Below, one piece after another: positions 13,501 to 27,009 of a DNA stretch of 64,000 nucleotides. The translations under genes and the position numbers were made by a program. This stretch comes from Trichoplax sp. H2. Lineage: Eukaryota. Position 1 is the stretch's first letter. Each line of letters begins with the position of its first letter. The stretch is from positions 124,001-188,000 of the forward strand of contig NOWV01000019.1 in assembly GCA_003344405.1 (NCBI GenBank), in the 5' to 3' direction. Under the pieces are notes generated by a model. The model worked only from the letters and a program-made list of their open reading frames with translations. It searched no databases and was not told the origin of the DNA.

Positions 13501-16500
13501 AAATCACCATCAACGAATTCCAAGATGAAACTATGGATCTGATCTTTACCACCATCATCAATTGGCATCTTCAAACGCAAAACTTTAGCGAAGAAGTAAC
13601 CGGATTTGGTAGTAAAATCATCTCAGCTACCAAAGCAATCTATCATAGTGCTATGAAAAATCTACTACCTACGCCTGCTAAATCGCATTACTTATTTAAT
13701 TTGAGAGATTTCGCAAGAGTGATTCAAGGTGTTGCTTTATCGTCACCTGAAGTTATCACAACAACGGATGAGCTGAAAAGGTTATGGACTCATGAAGTCT
13801 ATCGTGTCTATTATGATCGATTAATTGATGAAAAGGATAAAAATTGGCTATTTGAAACGATTAAGGGTGTCCATAAAGATCAATTAGGCTCTGATTTCTA
13901 CGACTTATTCCACCAATACGATTTAAATCAAGATGGTAACATTTATGAAGACGATCTCAATAGTTTAATCTATTGCGATTTTATGGATCCCAAATCTGAT
14001 TTTAAGCATTATATAGAAGTCGATAATTTAGATAAATTACGATCAGTTGTCGAAACTTATCTGGATGAATACAACAATATGAGCAAAAAACCAATGAATC
14101 TGGTACTCTTTAGATTTGCAATTGAGCATGTATCTAGAATTGCAAGAGTTCTCAAGCAACCTCGAGGGCATGCTTTATTAGTTGGAGTAGGAGGTAGTGG
14201 ACGCCAAAGTTTAACACGTCTTGCAGCACATATCTGCGATTATGAATTATTCCAGGTCGAAATGACCAAAAGCTATTCAACTCTAGAATGGAAAGAAGAT
14301 CTTAAAAGGGTTCTACGAAAAGCTGCTGAAGGGGACGTACCATGTGTATTCCTCTTTGCTGATACACAAATAAAGCAAGAATCGTTCTTAGAAGATGTCA
14401 GCAACATCTTAAATACAGGTGAAGTTCCTAACTTATTCCCAGCCGATGAAAAACAAGAAATTTGCGAAAAAATGAGACAAATTGATAGAATGAGAGAGAA
14501 ATCGAGACAAACTGATGGTTCTCCGTTAGCTCTGTTTAGCCTCTTTGTAGAACGCGTCAGAAATAGCTTACATATCGTGCTAGCTATGAGCCCAATTGGT
14601 GAAGCATTCCGTAATTATCTTAGGAAATTTCCATCTCTTGTTAATTGCTGTACTATCGATTGGTTTCATTCTTGGCCAGAAGATGCTTTACATATTGTTG
14701 CTCAACGCTTCTTGGAAGACACTGATCTCAGCGAAAATATTCTTAAAGGTTGCGTTAACATGTGTAAATTATTCCACAAATCAACTAGTGACTTATCATC
14801 GGCATATCTAGCAGAATTAGGTCGTTATAACTATGTTACACCAACATCTTACCTTGAGCTGATCAGCACTTTTAAGGCATTGTTGAATAAGAAACGAAGT
14901 GAAGTCATGAAAGCCAAACGCCGCTACGAAATAGGTCTTGAGCAACTTGTTTCCGCAGCAGATCAAGTATCAGCCATGCAATTAGAATTGGAAAATCTAC
15001 AACCTCAACTTAAGCAAGCATCCAAAGAGGTTGACGATATCATGGTCGTTATTGAGGCAGAGTCCATTGAGGTTTCTAAAACTGAGAAAATTGTTAAAGG
15101 AGATGAAGCAATAGCGAACGAGCAAGCTAAAGCAGCTAAGGCTATCAAAGATGAATGCGATGCAGATTTAGCTGAAGCTATGCCAGTACTAGAAGCTGCA
15201 TTATCTGCACTAAACACATTAACACAACAAGATATCACCTTCATTAAAACCATGTTAAATCCTCCACAGGGAATCAAGTTAGTCATGGAGGCAATTTGTA
15301 TTTTAAAAGGAGTCAAACCAGCTCTATCTGTCGATAATGCCACCGGCAAACGCACTGAAGATTATTGGGCTCCAGCTAAGCGATACCTACTAGGAGATTC
15401 AAATCTACTACGTTCACTACAAAATTATGACAAGGATAATATTCCATCCAATGTTATAAGAAGAATTAATGAACGATATATCGCCAATCCAGACTTTGAT
15501 CCTGAAAAAATTAAAGCTGCATCTATTGCTGCAGAAGGTCTATGCAAGTGGGTTATTGCAATTAGCCGCTACGATAAAGTGGCACGATTGGTAGCTCCTA
15601 AGAAAGCAGCATTAGCTGAAGCTGAAAAAGAGCTAGCGAAAGCTATGGATGCATTAGAAATAAAGAGAGCTAATCTTAGAGAAGTCCAAGATCGATTAGC
15701 TAGTCTGAGAGAAAGATTTGAAGCAAACACTCGCAAAAAGGAAGATTTAGAAAATCAAGTTGAACAATGCTCGAAAAAATTAGATAGAGCGAGGCAATTA
15801 TTAGGTGGTCTTGGAGGTGAAAAAGATCGCTGGAGTGAAACAGCGCTGAAACTTGGTGAAACTTACTCTAACTTAACTGGTGATACTTTAATATCATCCG
15901 GTGTTGTATCTTACTTAGGAGGATTTACATCTGCTTATCGCCAAAATCAAATCAATAAATGGGTTGATTTATGTAAACAAGAAAATATTCCTTGTTCACC
16001 AGAGTATTCTTTAACAGCAACATTAGGTGATAGTGTTAAAATTCGTCGATGGAATATTGCAGGATTGCCTACCGATTCATTTTCCGTTGAAAATGCTATC
16101 ATTATCACCAATTCTCGCCGATGGCCTTTAATGATCGATCCACAAGGTCAAGCTAATAAATGGGTTAAAAATATGGAAAAAATCAACAATTTACACACCA
16201 TTAAATTATCCGATAATGATTATATCAGAACGTTGGAGAATTGTATACAGTTTGGAACACCGGTGCTTCTCGAAAATGTTGGCGAGGAACTTGATCCCAT
16301 TTTAGAACCATTATTGTTAAAGCAAACTTTCAAGCAGGGTGGTAGTATTTGCATTCGATTAGGCGATAGCACTATCGAATATGCCAAGGATTTCAGATTC
16401 TACGTCACAACTAAATTGCGAAACCCTCATTTCTTGCCGGAGACAGCAGTAAAAGTTACTTTACTCAATTTTATGATCACTCCAGAAGGATTGGAAGATC

Positions 16501-19238
16501 AATTGCTTGGTATCGTAGTAGCTAAAGAAAAACCAGAATTAGAAGAAGAAAGAAATGGATTAATCGTTCAAAGTGCTGAAAATAGAAAACAGCTAAGAGA
16601 AATCGAAGATAAAATCCTAGAGTTGTTATCAGGCTCAGAAGGTAATATTCTAGAAGATGAAACAGCTATTACTGTTTTATCCTCTTCCAAGGCTCTATCT
16701 AATGAGATATCTGAAAAGCAAGCCACTGCTGACGAAACTGAACGAGAAATCAACATAGCACGACTTAAATATAAACCGATAGCTGAGCATTCGTCCATTT
16801 TATTCTTTACTATCGCCGATCTTGCCAATATCGATCCTATGTATCAATATTCTCTAACCTGGTTTGTTAATCTTTATGTTCACGCTATCGAAAATTCTGC
16901 AGCTTCCGAAGACATTACTACCCGATTAAAAAATCTAACAGACCATTTTACTTATTCACTCTATTGCAATGTATGCCGATCACTCTTTGAAAAAGATAAG
17001 TTATTATTTTCTTTCCTACTGGGTGTCAACTTATTGCGAAGTAGGAAAGAAATTGAAGAAATAGAATGGCGATTTTTATTAACTGGCGGTATCGGTCTTG
17101 ACAATCCTAATGAAAATCCAACAACGTGGTTGCCTGCAAAAGCATGGGATGAAATCTGTCGCTTGGATGAATTACCTAATTTCAAAGGGATACGCACTCG
17201 ATTCTCCATTTATATTGAAAGATGGAAAGAGATCTATGATAGCTTTGAACCACAAAATGAAGAATTACCTGGTGATTACTCTAGCAAACTACATCGATTC
17301 CAGAAATTGTTAATACTTCGCTGCTTACGACCAGACAAAGTGATACCTGCTGTACTCGACTTTGTAGCGGATAAACTAGGCAAAATGTATGTGGAACCGC
17401 CACCATTCGACTTAGGGAAAGCATTTGCTGATTCACATTGTTGTACGCCATTAATATTTATATTGTCGCCGGGTGCAGATCCAACAGTTGCCTTGCTTAA
17501 ATTTGCTGATGATCAAGGATTCGGAGGAAATCGATTTACTACGCTTTCTCTAGGGCAGGGTCAAGGCCCAATTGCAATGAAAATGATTGATAGAGCGGTA
17601 AAAGAAGGATCCTGGGTTATGTTACAAAATTGTCATTTAGCAGCTTCCTGGATGCCAACTCTTGAAAGGATTTGCGATGAAATGAATCCAGATACAACCC
17701 ATCCAGATTATCGCTTATGGCTAACGAGTTATCCATCCAAAGATTTCCCTGTAGCTGTATTGCAAAACGGTGTCAAGATGACTAATGAACCACCAAAAGG
17801 CTTGAAATTAAACGTTTTAAGATCATATAATACCGATCCTGTCAATGATCCAAGCTACTTTGAAAGTGTCAAGCAAGGTAAATCGTGGAAAAAATTGCTC
17901 TACGGTCTTTGCTTTTTCCATGGACTTGTACAAGAACGACGTAAATTCGGAGCTTTAGGATGGAATATACCTTATGAATTTAATGAAACAGATCTCCGCA
18001 TTAGTGTCCAACAACTCCATATGTTCTTAAACGATTATGAAACAGTGCCATTCGATGCTATTCGATACTTGACAGGAGAATGCAATTATGGTGGTCGTGT
18101 AACGGATGATCGAGATCGACGTTTAATAAAATGCATCTTGAATAAATTCTACAATCAAGATATCATTATAAATGATAATTATACATTTTCTCAAAGTGGA
18201 TCTTATTATGCACCAGCTGAAGGAAAATATGAGAGTTACTTGGAATATACTAAATCTTTACCAAGTGCTGCCCGTCCAGAGGTATTTGGATTACATGCTA
18301 ACGCTGACATTACCAAAGATCAAAAGGAAACTTATTCATTATTTGACAGTATACTTTTAACTCAAGCAAAAACGACATCTAGTCAAGGTAAATCAAGCGA
18401 TGAAATTGTATCCGAAGTGGCTACTGATATTTTAGCCAAATTGCCATCTGTTTACGATACTGAAGCGGCACTACGCAAATTTCCGACAACTTATACACAA
18501 AGTATGAATACTGTTTTAGTTCAGGAAATGACTCGATTTAATCATTTAATTCAAACTGTTCATGCAAGCTTAGTTAATGTACAGAAAGCTATCAAGGGTT
18601 TAGTAGTAATGTCTGCTGATTTAGAGGAAGTAGTAAACAGCATTCTTAAAGGTAAAATTCCAAGTTTATGGATGAAAAAGTCATATCCCTCACTAAAACC
18701 ATTGGGAAGTTATGTTAACGATTTACTACAACGATTAAAATTCTTCCAGGAATGGTATGAAATGGGAGAGCCCACTATTTATTGGCTATCTGGATTTTAT
18801 TTTACTCAAGCATTCTTGACAGGAGCTCAACAAAATTTTGCTAGAAAATATACTATTCCAATTGATTTATTAGGATTTGATTATGAAGTCTTAGAGGATA
18901 AAGACTATGAAAACCCACCTTCAGATGGCGTCTATGTTCGTGGAGTATTCCTCGAAGGTAGTCGGTGGGATCGACAGAAAAAGGCTTTAGCAGAATCGCA
19001 CCCCAAAATACTCTATGATGCTATGCCTGTCATATGGCTTAAACCTTGCAAAAAAGAAGATATTCCAGAGCGTAAGGCTTATGCTGCTCCGGTATATAAA
19101 ACGAGCGAACGACGAGGAACATTATCTACAACTGGACATTCAACTAATTATGTTATTAGTATGTCATTGCCAACGGAAGAGCCACCTGAGCATTGGATTA
19201 TGAGAGGTGTTGCATTGCTCTGCCAGCTAGATAATTAA
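4501..19238 (+). CDS. DNAH7: Axonemal inner-arm dynein heavy chain 7, about 18 exons and 4,000 aa; last exon 9288-19238
   Basis: The 3233-aa ORF has AAA P-loops ([32 protein letters not shown]), stalk and C-terminus GVALLCQL. Upstream exons read [82 protein letters not shown], matching the DNAH7 N-terminus. The first exon (MENQ, 4501-4512) is less certain. Confidence 0.93.
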
Positions 19239-20860
19239 GTTTCAATACGTGATCCTTAACTAATTCAACAAAATGAATATAACCATTGGACTTTATATTC
19301 GTTTCAGCTTAAAATGTCAATTGACCATTTTTAAATATATGTGACATTATTAGTTAGAATAAATTAGATCATCATAACTTAATTTACACTATGTATGGTT
19401 TATACTTTTAGTTCATTTTTGACTTTAATAGAAGTATTTCTTGTACTTGAGGGTCTGCATCTGCTCGATTCGCAGCCCTATAACAATTACTGTATCATGG
19501 TGCAATCACTGTTCTCTACGTATTAGCTTATATAGTGTAACATGAAGAAATCTTTGCTGGATACAGAAATGAAATATGGCTATCTTGTATATATTACATG
19601 TAATAATATCAGTCTCACCAAATTATTTTAAAATGGCAACATTTTTAGTCTACTCGAATTGTGAAAACTTTTATGATGTGCTTTATTTTATATTCAAAAT
19701 TGAAAATTTCTCTACCCTCTTCATATCATTCATCGCCGTCATTTGACAGTATAAATCAAATGGCTATTAAAATTATGGTGAATATAATAACAAGAAAAAT
19801 TTCTAACTTGATCTTCAATAGTTTATACTAATTAGACTGCCCTCGAACAAGGCGATAGTAATTTTATACTAGCACATGTAATAATTAAGTCGTAGACTAT
19901 TTGTATGACTATTTCTACTTCATCAATAAAGCTCTTATTAATTCCTAGCCAAGTTGTTAGTAAATTTCTACTTCCCTAGCAATGCTATAATTGCCAGACA
20001 GAAATGGATAATCTTTACTATGCCTGTTATAATTATAATATACTGATTACAACTGGGAATCTAGATTGAATAATAATATTAATAAGCCATCTAATATCGT
20101 TTCAATCAAGAATATCGAAAATTTAACATTGGCTTTGCAGTATTAATGCATGCATCTACAAAAGGTATTAACAAACTAGAAAGTACCGTCTAATTTTTAT
20201 ACGCGTGTTATTTAATATTACGGTAAATGAGTCGATACAAACAGAAACTGCATAGTTTATTCTTAGATAATACCAAGAATTGAAGGTTTTATTAATTATG
20301 TTAAATCATTTACACGAATATCCAGTATCGTCTAAATTGCTTATGAAATTATATCAATTCTGCAATGCAATTATATAACTAAAATTTGGCTTAATACCGT
20401 TATTGAAAAAATGTTACATTGTCTAATAAATCATTCACTAAATACTTGAGAAGTTAAAACCTAAATAAGATGCAGTTACAGGATTCAGTCTGAAAACGTT
20501 AATCTGGACAGGCAGATAAATCCACGATAGTTATTACCCGTACGCGTATGTTTCTGCAGCACTAGATAGTTATAGAACATACATATTGCAAAAGGAATAG
20601 TATTATACTGTAATCTTAATCTTAATTATATAACCATACATGTAGATCTAGAATTATGCTATATCAGAGATATATCTTAGTTCAATCTACATTACTACTT
20701 TTAGCCATTCAAGATTCAATTGAATGCTTATTTAGGTATGTCCAATGTCATCGCAAATGGCTACAGGAAAATCTTCAACAGTGGGTTAGCAGCACCATTC
20801 TAATGGTGATTACTATGGTTGGTTCCGTCAGTACCGTCCGATCCATGAAACCCAGTATAT

Positions 20861-20919
20861 AGTACTGTACATACTACTGTACAGTACAGTACTGTACTGT
20901 ACTGTACTACCATGGCAAC
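20861..20919. promoter_or_regulatory. APIP promoter region: TACTG/CAGTA simple repeat followed by an X-box-like site
   Basis: AGTACTGTAC...TACAGTACAGTACTGTACTGTACTGTAC, then ACTACCATGGCAAC (20906-20919), about 210 bp before the APIP ATG. Confidence 0.4.
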
Positions 20920-21130
20920 AAGACAGACCCTGTGCAAAGAGAGACATGTGTACTGGCGTAGCCCTAGACGTAGGTTCGACTCAGGAGCGAGCCATAACAA
21001 GAAAGATGCAAAACACTGTTGAATCTTTCTCAAGTCTACTCTAAGCAGCCGAGCGAGAGGGTGGACCATCGAATTATTGTACTGTATGCTGACAGTGGAC
21101 ACAGATATAGTAGACTACTGATCAGCCAAG

Positions 21131-24100
21131 ATGCAGAATGTTCAACAACCCCAAAAAAGGAAATTATCCGACGAGATCATTGCGGAAGATGAAGATTATC
21201 AACGTGATCCTGAGGTAATTTTTAACCATGATAGCACAACCTGTTGAGATGATCTTTGCATGAAATTGTGGAAATAGTCCATCAAGCGCATCCAATCGTG
21301 GAAAGACTACAAAAAGTTAGGCTATCAACATTACTCGTTTCTGCTATTGACAGTAGAGTGCTATATCGGTTTGATGCAACAACATTTAAAATGGATTTAT
21401 CTGGATAGTGCTGATGTAGTTGAATTGAATTTTATGCATTGCCTTTTGCTCTTCTAGCCTTAAGCACCGTAGTACATGTGTACAGTACAACAGCAGAAGG
21501 GTACTGCTGTAGTCAGCTTCGTTATTCCATGACAGCTCTAGTTATGATGGCATAGATTATTCATGATTTGATTGTGTGCCCTTGTTAATCACGATCATCA
21601 TTCTTTTCTCTTGCCTTTTAGCATCCGCGAAACTTAATACCTGAAATTTGCAGGTGCTGTATTGCAAAGTTAATTCATTGTTTGATATTCTGTCAGAAGC
21701 GGTGTTCATCCTTGGGCTTCTTTGTATAATAACATTGCCCTAACGATTCATGGATAGTCTTTAAAATTGTGTTTTATCAGCAATGGACCATCAATTATAA
21801 TTCTTATTGCACTTTGACATTCTTGAAGTACATGAGTCCCGTAGGCAATGTAGAATCCTGTAGTTTTCGTGCTATGGGACTTAACGTAGATTGTATTTTT
21901 TTACTTTGTGCATAACAACATTGGATTATATCGCCCTTTAATGCCGTACTGTACATCTGCTGCAAATGAATATCCGACTAATAGCTACAATAATAATGAT
22001 ATGAGTGGACAAACATTCCGATCAGTATTGTCTCGAATATTTTGATCCAATTAACGCGTCTTCAGTACAGCACTGCAGTATGAAAGAAATCAAGAGATAA
22101 AACTACGTTATTAATAGAAATGCGCTCAAGAGAAACAAATTAGCGATAAGATTATGAATTTCCACTAACTTTTAAGCGTATCGAAGCAGGCATACATACT
22201 ATGCATTCTTATGACAGTAACTTGCGTTACTGCTAGGTACCTTATACTCTGTTTGTAAATGCCTGGTTTCAATTATAATGTTGTCGCCATTACAAATAAG
22301 CTTGTCTTTACATAGTGGGTAAAATTAGAAAACCTTTACTGCAATTGTAAAGAAAATAACACATGCGTAATAGCTGTAGTATAGTCAAAGTTCCTAGATT
22401 ACATTGGAGCATGCAGCAGGTAGAGTACTTCATCCAAAGCTTCACCAGATTATACCATTATTGAGTATCACCCTTTATTACTCTGAGAAATAATTGAGAC
22501 ATATCATAAAGGAAATAATTATTTGCTAGGTATACTGTATACTGTAATAATCGAACTACACAATAACATCTCGCTTGCTGAATTTGTTCTACAGTAGCAG
22601 CTTTACAGCTCTAACGATTGGCCATTTGCCTTCAATTGTTTCTTACAGGTTATTATACAGTCAGGAAGCAATGACGGGCTCTGGTGGTGCCATAAGCATG
22701 AGAAGGAAGTAAGTAGAAACTTCGTGGTTTATAGCAATTAGTGTATATATATTACTTGACACGTAGACGTCAGTGAAGTCTGCTATGAAAGGCATTATTT
22801 TGCTTTGTTGACCCTATCACGACCTGCTTGCATCCATGTACTTTATAGCAAGTTTTGTTTCGTAGCTATATTGGCGTTATGACTTTGACAAACTAGTTAA
22901 CTGTAACTTTGCCCATACCTACATTAATTGACTTGCCAGTTTAAATTATAAAGGTTAGTAAATGCAAATTTATTAATCGAGCATCTAGACAGTGCAATCT
23001 TAACGCTCCTGAAAGCTTTTACACAAAAGTTATGCCACAATCATTGTACTGATAATCTTAACTTTAAACCCCTTAACAATTCGCCATGATTGATCCAACT
23101 AACGGTTGCTGCTCTACTACTGCATAAAGCGATAAAATCTATGTTGCCCCTTCTGGCGTCCAAAAGGAACGTTTGCAGGTACTATTTTAGGCCTTAATGA
23201 ATACTATTGCCAAAGCTATCGTAGCATTGTAACTGTTAAAATTGACTAGTACATCTCTGCGATTGTATACTGTATACAAACAAATTTTAGCATGGAATAT
23301 GCCTATGCCGATTTCATGGTAGGGATCTTGTTTGATGATGCGATGATAGGATTGCTTCTTGCCTAATTTTATTCACCAATTTATCTAGCCCGAGGATATG
23401 TTTGTAATAAACGACGATGGCGATACACTTAAGCTACCGCTAAATGGGTAAGTACTTCATTATATTTGCCTGAAAGTGGTGTATTAGTAGTTTATTACAA
23501 TTAGTTTTTACTTTAATGTCGCTATAAATTATGGCTAGTCATTTTCAGGAGATTTGACAACATGAATGAATCCCATTTCTGAGTAGATTGTGCGGTATTA
23601 TCCAAAACTGTAATTATTTACAACTAAATCAGTTTTTGGGTATTTCAGGAAAATATGCAGAATGAGCCAGTGTACTCCACTCTTTTTGACCATTTATCGA
23701 CTGCGAGGTACTGCGGTATTGCTAGAAAAATTAATTGTAAATATGCGGTATATTCCGATGTACTAAGTTTATTATTTTATTATAATACGATATTATAATA
23801 TTCAATTGTCAGTGCCTTCTGTATGTATTCATCACTGCTCAACTCCTGATTCAATATTTATTAGGATCTGAATGCGTCATACATTCACATTCCAAGAGGG
23901 CGGTTTTGGCAACAATCATTTCGTCAGGAAATGAATTTCGTATTAGTGATCTGCAAATGATTAAGGGTATCTATAAGCGAACCGAAAATAGAAATTATAG
24001 GTATGTAGCATTCATTTATTCTATTGGCTAGTAATTTTTGTGCCTGCTTATTAATTTGATAGGGCAATGCAGTTTATCATTTTAAAGGTATAGGTATTTT

Positions 24101-24554
24101 TTTTCAGATTTGGTGAAGAAGTTGTAATACCTATCATTGAAAATACTCCTACCGACCCGGAACTACAGGTAGTCATCATGCTAGGATGTAGTTATATAAC
24201 ATATATTAGAATTTTATTGTAATATAGATCAATTTGTTTCTAATTCTCACGTCAGTATCAATTACTGTATGATATAATTGTCATGAATTGACCCAATTGC
24301 TAGGAAAATTTAGTCAAAGCAATGGAGAATTATCCAGATACCTGCTGCGTTCTCATACGTAGACATGGACTATACATATGGGGAACTACTTGGCAGCAGG
24401 CAAAACTAATGTAAGAAATGAGCCTTACTTTGTTAATATTGATAATAGTCACCTTATATAACAGATTCTTTGCTAATTAATGTTTCATAGGTATGAATGC
24501 TACGAATATTTGTTTGACATAGCAATTCAACTAAAACAGCTTGGGATGAATTAG
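21131..24554 (+). CDS. APIP: Methylthioribulose-1-phosphate dehydratase / APAF1-interacting protein (MtnB), 10 exons, divergent active site
   Basis: Spliced product: [11 protein letters not shown]...[20 protein letters not shown]...SQCTPLF...VIHSHSK...MIKGI...IPIIENTP...[18 protein letters not shown]...[11 protein letters not shown]. Three Zn-binding His retained. Stop TAG at 24552-24554. Confidence 0.95.
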
Positions 24555-25610
24555 TGAAAACTGATTACAGAGGTCACTATTGCTATATTTTTGCTTGTCA
24601 TAGGACTGTATTATTGTAATTGCTGGAGCTGATGATATACTGCTCCACAGTTATTTAGACGTTGAAGGTTAACAAAGAAAATAACATTTTATTCGGCATA
24701 TCAGCGAAAAATACAATATAGTATAAGGAGTTTTTTCACTATGCCTCGGTTTTAATTTCTTCAAAGGAACTGAGAATACTTAACTAAGATATTACAGATA
24801 GCCCACTTTTCTTGTCGACTGATATACTCAAATTGAACATTCTACTCTTACTTCTCATAATCGTTCAACAGTAAATGGATTGGGCATAGCTTATCAAATA
24901 AAAGATTGAAAAAATTGATTATCTTTCTTGTTTGTATGTATATATCAAGATATAATCATGTCTAATCATTATTCAAATATTATTAAAGGCGACTTTTTCT
25001 TATGATACACATGCATGCATAACACTGATGTACGCAGTATTACAACATGAAAGTTGAAATAACCATGCAGAACATACTAATCAACGTACAAGGGGGTAAC
25101 GTTGAAAGATTTCGTAACGACAAAAACATAGTCAATACTGTACGAGGCATGGTAAAACTTTCAACTTACAGTTTTTGATTACACTACACACACACTAATT
25201 TGATGCTAATTCTCTAGTATGATTTACAGATATTCAGTTGAGATAGGTACAAATAGTGTAGTTAGGTAGGCGAGATTTACAGCTAGGGTAAAATTTCGCT
25301 TAACAACATTCATCGTAATCGGGTGAACTAGTATGAGTTCTTCTAATAATTAGTGTTGTATGAATGAAAAGTTACAAGAGTTGGGATATCCAAGATTTTA
25401 CATACTGCAGATTCTAAATTTCGTAGATACGCTGCATTCAAATACTAAAGTACCTTATAGCTATATAGAATTTATTCTAGATATACGTCGTCCACTTGAA
25501 TGTTGAATACAGACAGACGTTCATATTGCTATCTAATAGCATCAGTATTATCATTTAACGTTCAAATGAAACTGTTCATGATGATTGCAATAGAGGCTGG
25601 CAAATGGCAA

Positions 25611-26213
25611 TCAGTGTAATGATTCCATGACTTTTCGAGCTTCCTTTAATTCCCTAATAAGTTCACGAAGTCCTTCTCGATCGGTCGTGAAAGCAGCAGA
25701 CTTGACCTCATCATTGCTATCAGTAGCGGTGTAATTTAATTTTAAATGAAATTCTGGTTGATCAACTTGTTGCTGTACACTCGAACTCATAACGTAATCG
25801 ACGCGCCAATCGCATGACTTAAACTTGGATAATCGTAAGGAAGTGTCTTGCAATACTTGACGTAATTTTTCCACGTTATCGTGGTATGCCCGACATAATC
25901 CTGTAGCATGTTCTTTCGGCAAACCTAACTGTTGCAATTCATTGCATAATGCATCACTTTCCATATTATATTTAGCAGCATTGCATAAGATAAAATGAGA
26001 CGTTGCAATACTCCCTTTAATATCAGATAAATCAAATTTAGCATCGGCTGTCAACTTGTATACTTTATCATAATTTAATTCTCCTTCTAACATGCATTTG
26101 ATGACCTGAGTGATGAGAAGTTTCATCTTAACCGAAGACATCTTGGATAGATTGGTAATTTCGGCTAATACCCAATCAGGACAGTCTAAATCTCCACAAA
26201 ATTTAAATTTCAT
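25611..26213 (-). CDS. COMMD4: COMM domain-containing protein 4, intronless CDS, 200 aa
   Basis: MKFKFCGDLDCPDWVLAEI N-terminus, ELQQLGLPKEH and the COMM-domain DWRVDYVMSSS. Confidence 0.96.
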   Translation of the reverse strand: MKFKFCGDLDCPDWVLAEITNLSKMSSVKMKLLITQVIKCMLEGELNYDKVYKLTADAKFDLSDIKGSIATSHFILCNAAKYNMESDALCNELQQLGLPKEHATGLCRAYHDNVEKLRQVLQDTSLRLSKFKSCDWRVDYVMSSSVQQQVDQPEFHLKLNYTATDSNDEVKSAAFTTDREGLRELIRELKEARKVMESLH

Positions 26214-26643
26214 CTTGCCTTAGTCTGGTAAAAGTTGATCAGTACGATAAAATGGACTTTATTCTAACGATTCGATAGGTAAGAATGCAATCAATAAGTC
26301 AAGAGGGCTAAAAAAATTGCAATTTTCCTCTCCGCAATGGTGGTCAGCAATCGCCAATAGTCTAGTGGAAGTAATTTGGTCAAGGACTGCTACATTCTAT
26401 AGAATACGCTGGAATCGACAGTACTGACACCATCCAGTATGGCCAGCGAACTATGGAATCGAGCAATCCACTAGGGTAGATGGATTGCAGCTCGACGCCC
26501 GATGAAAAGAAGTGGCGGTGGGTGTGGCCGCAAGCCTTCTTGACTCTCAATGCACCATCTACCTGTATTTGTATAGGATTATCAGCGCTGTATGGGACGT
26601 CATATAGTCATCGACCATGATGGAGATCGATCACCAATTTCTT

Positions 26644-26657
26644 GTTGTCATGGAAAC
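26644..26657. promoter_or_regulatory. RFX X-box in the COMMD4/PMS1 divergent promoter
   Basis: GTTGTCATGGAAAC closely matches the X-box consensus and lies between two head-to-head genes. Confidence 0.5.
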
Positions 26658-26988
26658 AACTAAATTGAAAATGAATGCAGGTATCAAAGTATAGTCCCTC
26701 GTATGCTGTTTTGTATCGCTTATTTCTTCCTTGGGAAACATTGTATCAAAGCATTCCGACCTCTCCGTAGCAGAGCTTGGCGGCCTAATTGCAAAGTGTT
26801 GTGCAATATGTTGTCGTTAGTTTGATAACTATCGTAGGGATGAAATAGCTGTTAGTGCTATAGCAATTTGAGTAGATTGTAGGACGTAGCACTAGTGAGC
26901 TTTTTAGTGACCACTTTCAAGTCTGCAGCAACAACAGGTAGCTGGTTGCACCTTTACTCCACGCTTGCAGCATACAAAATTCGTCCAA

Positions 26989-27009
26989 CTGCTGCTGCTG
27001 CTGCTGCTG
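26989..27009. repeat. (CTG)7 microsatellite upstream of the PMS1 ATG
   Basis: Seven perfect CTG units. Confidence 0.9.

Noticed and set aside
10130-19203. Antisense and alternative-frame ORFs within DNAH7
   Set aside because: Shadow ORFs of a long coding exon.
20954-20994. tRNA- or vault-like A/B boxes (TGGCGTAGC...GGTTCGACTC)
   Set aside because: Box spacing is too short, there is no cloverleaf and no poly-T terminator follows.
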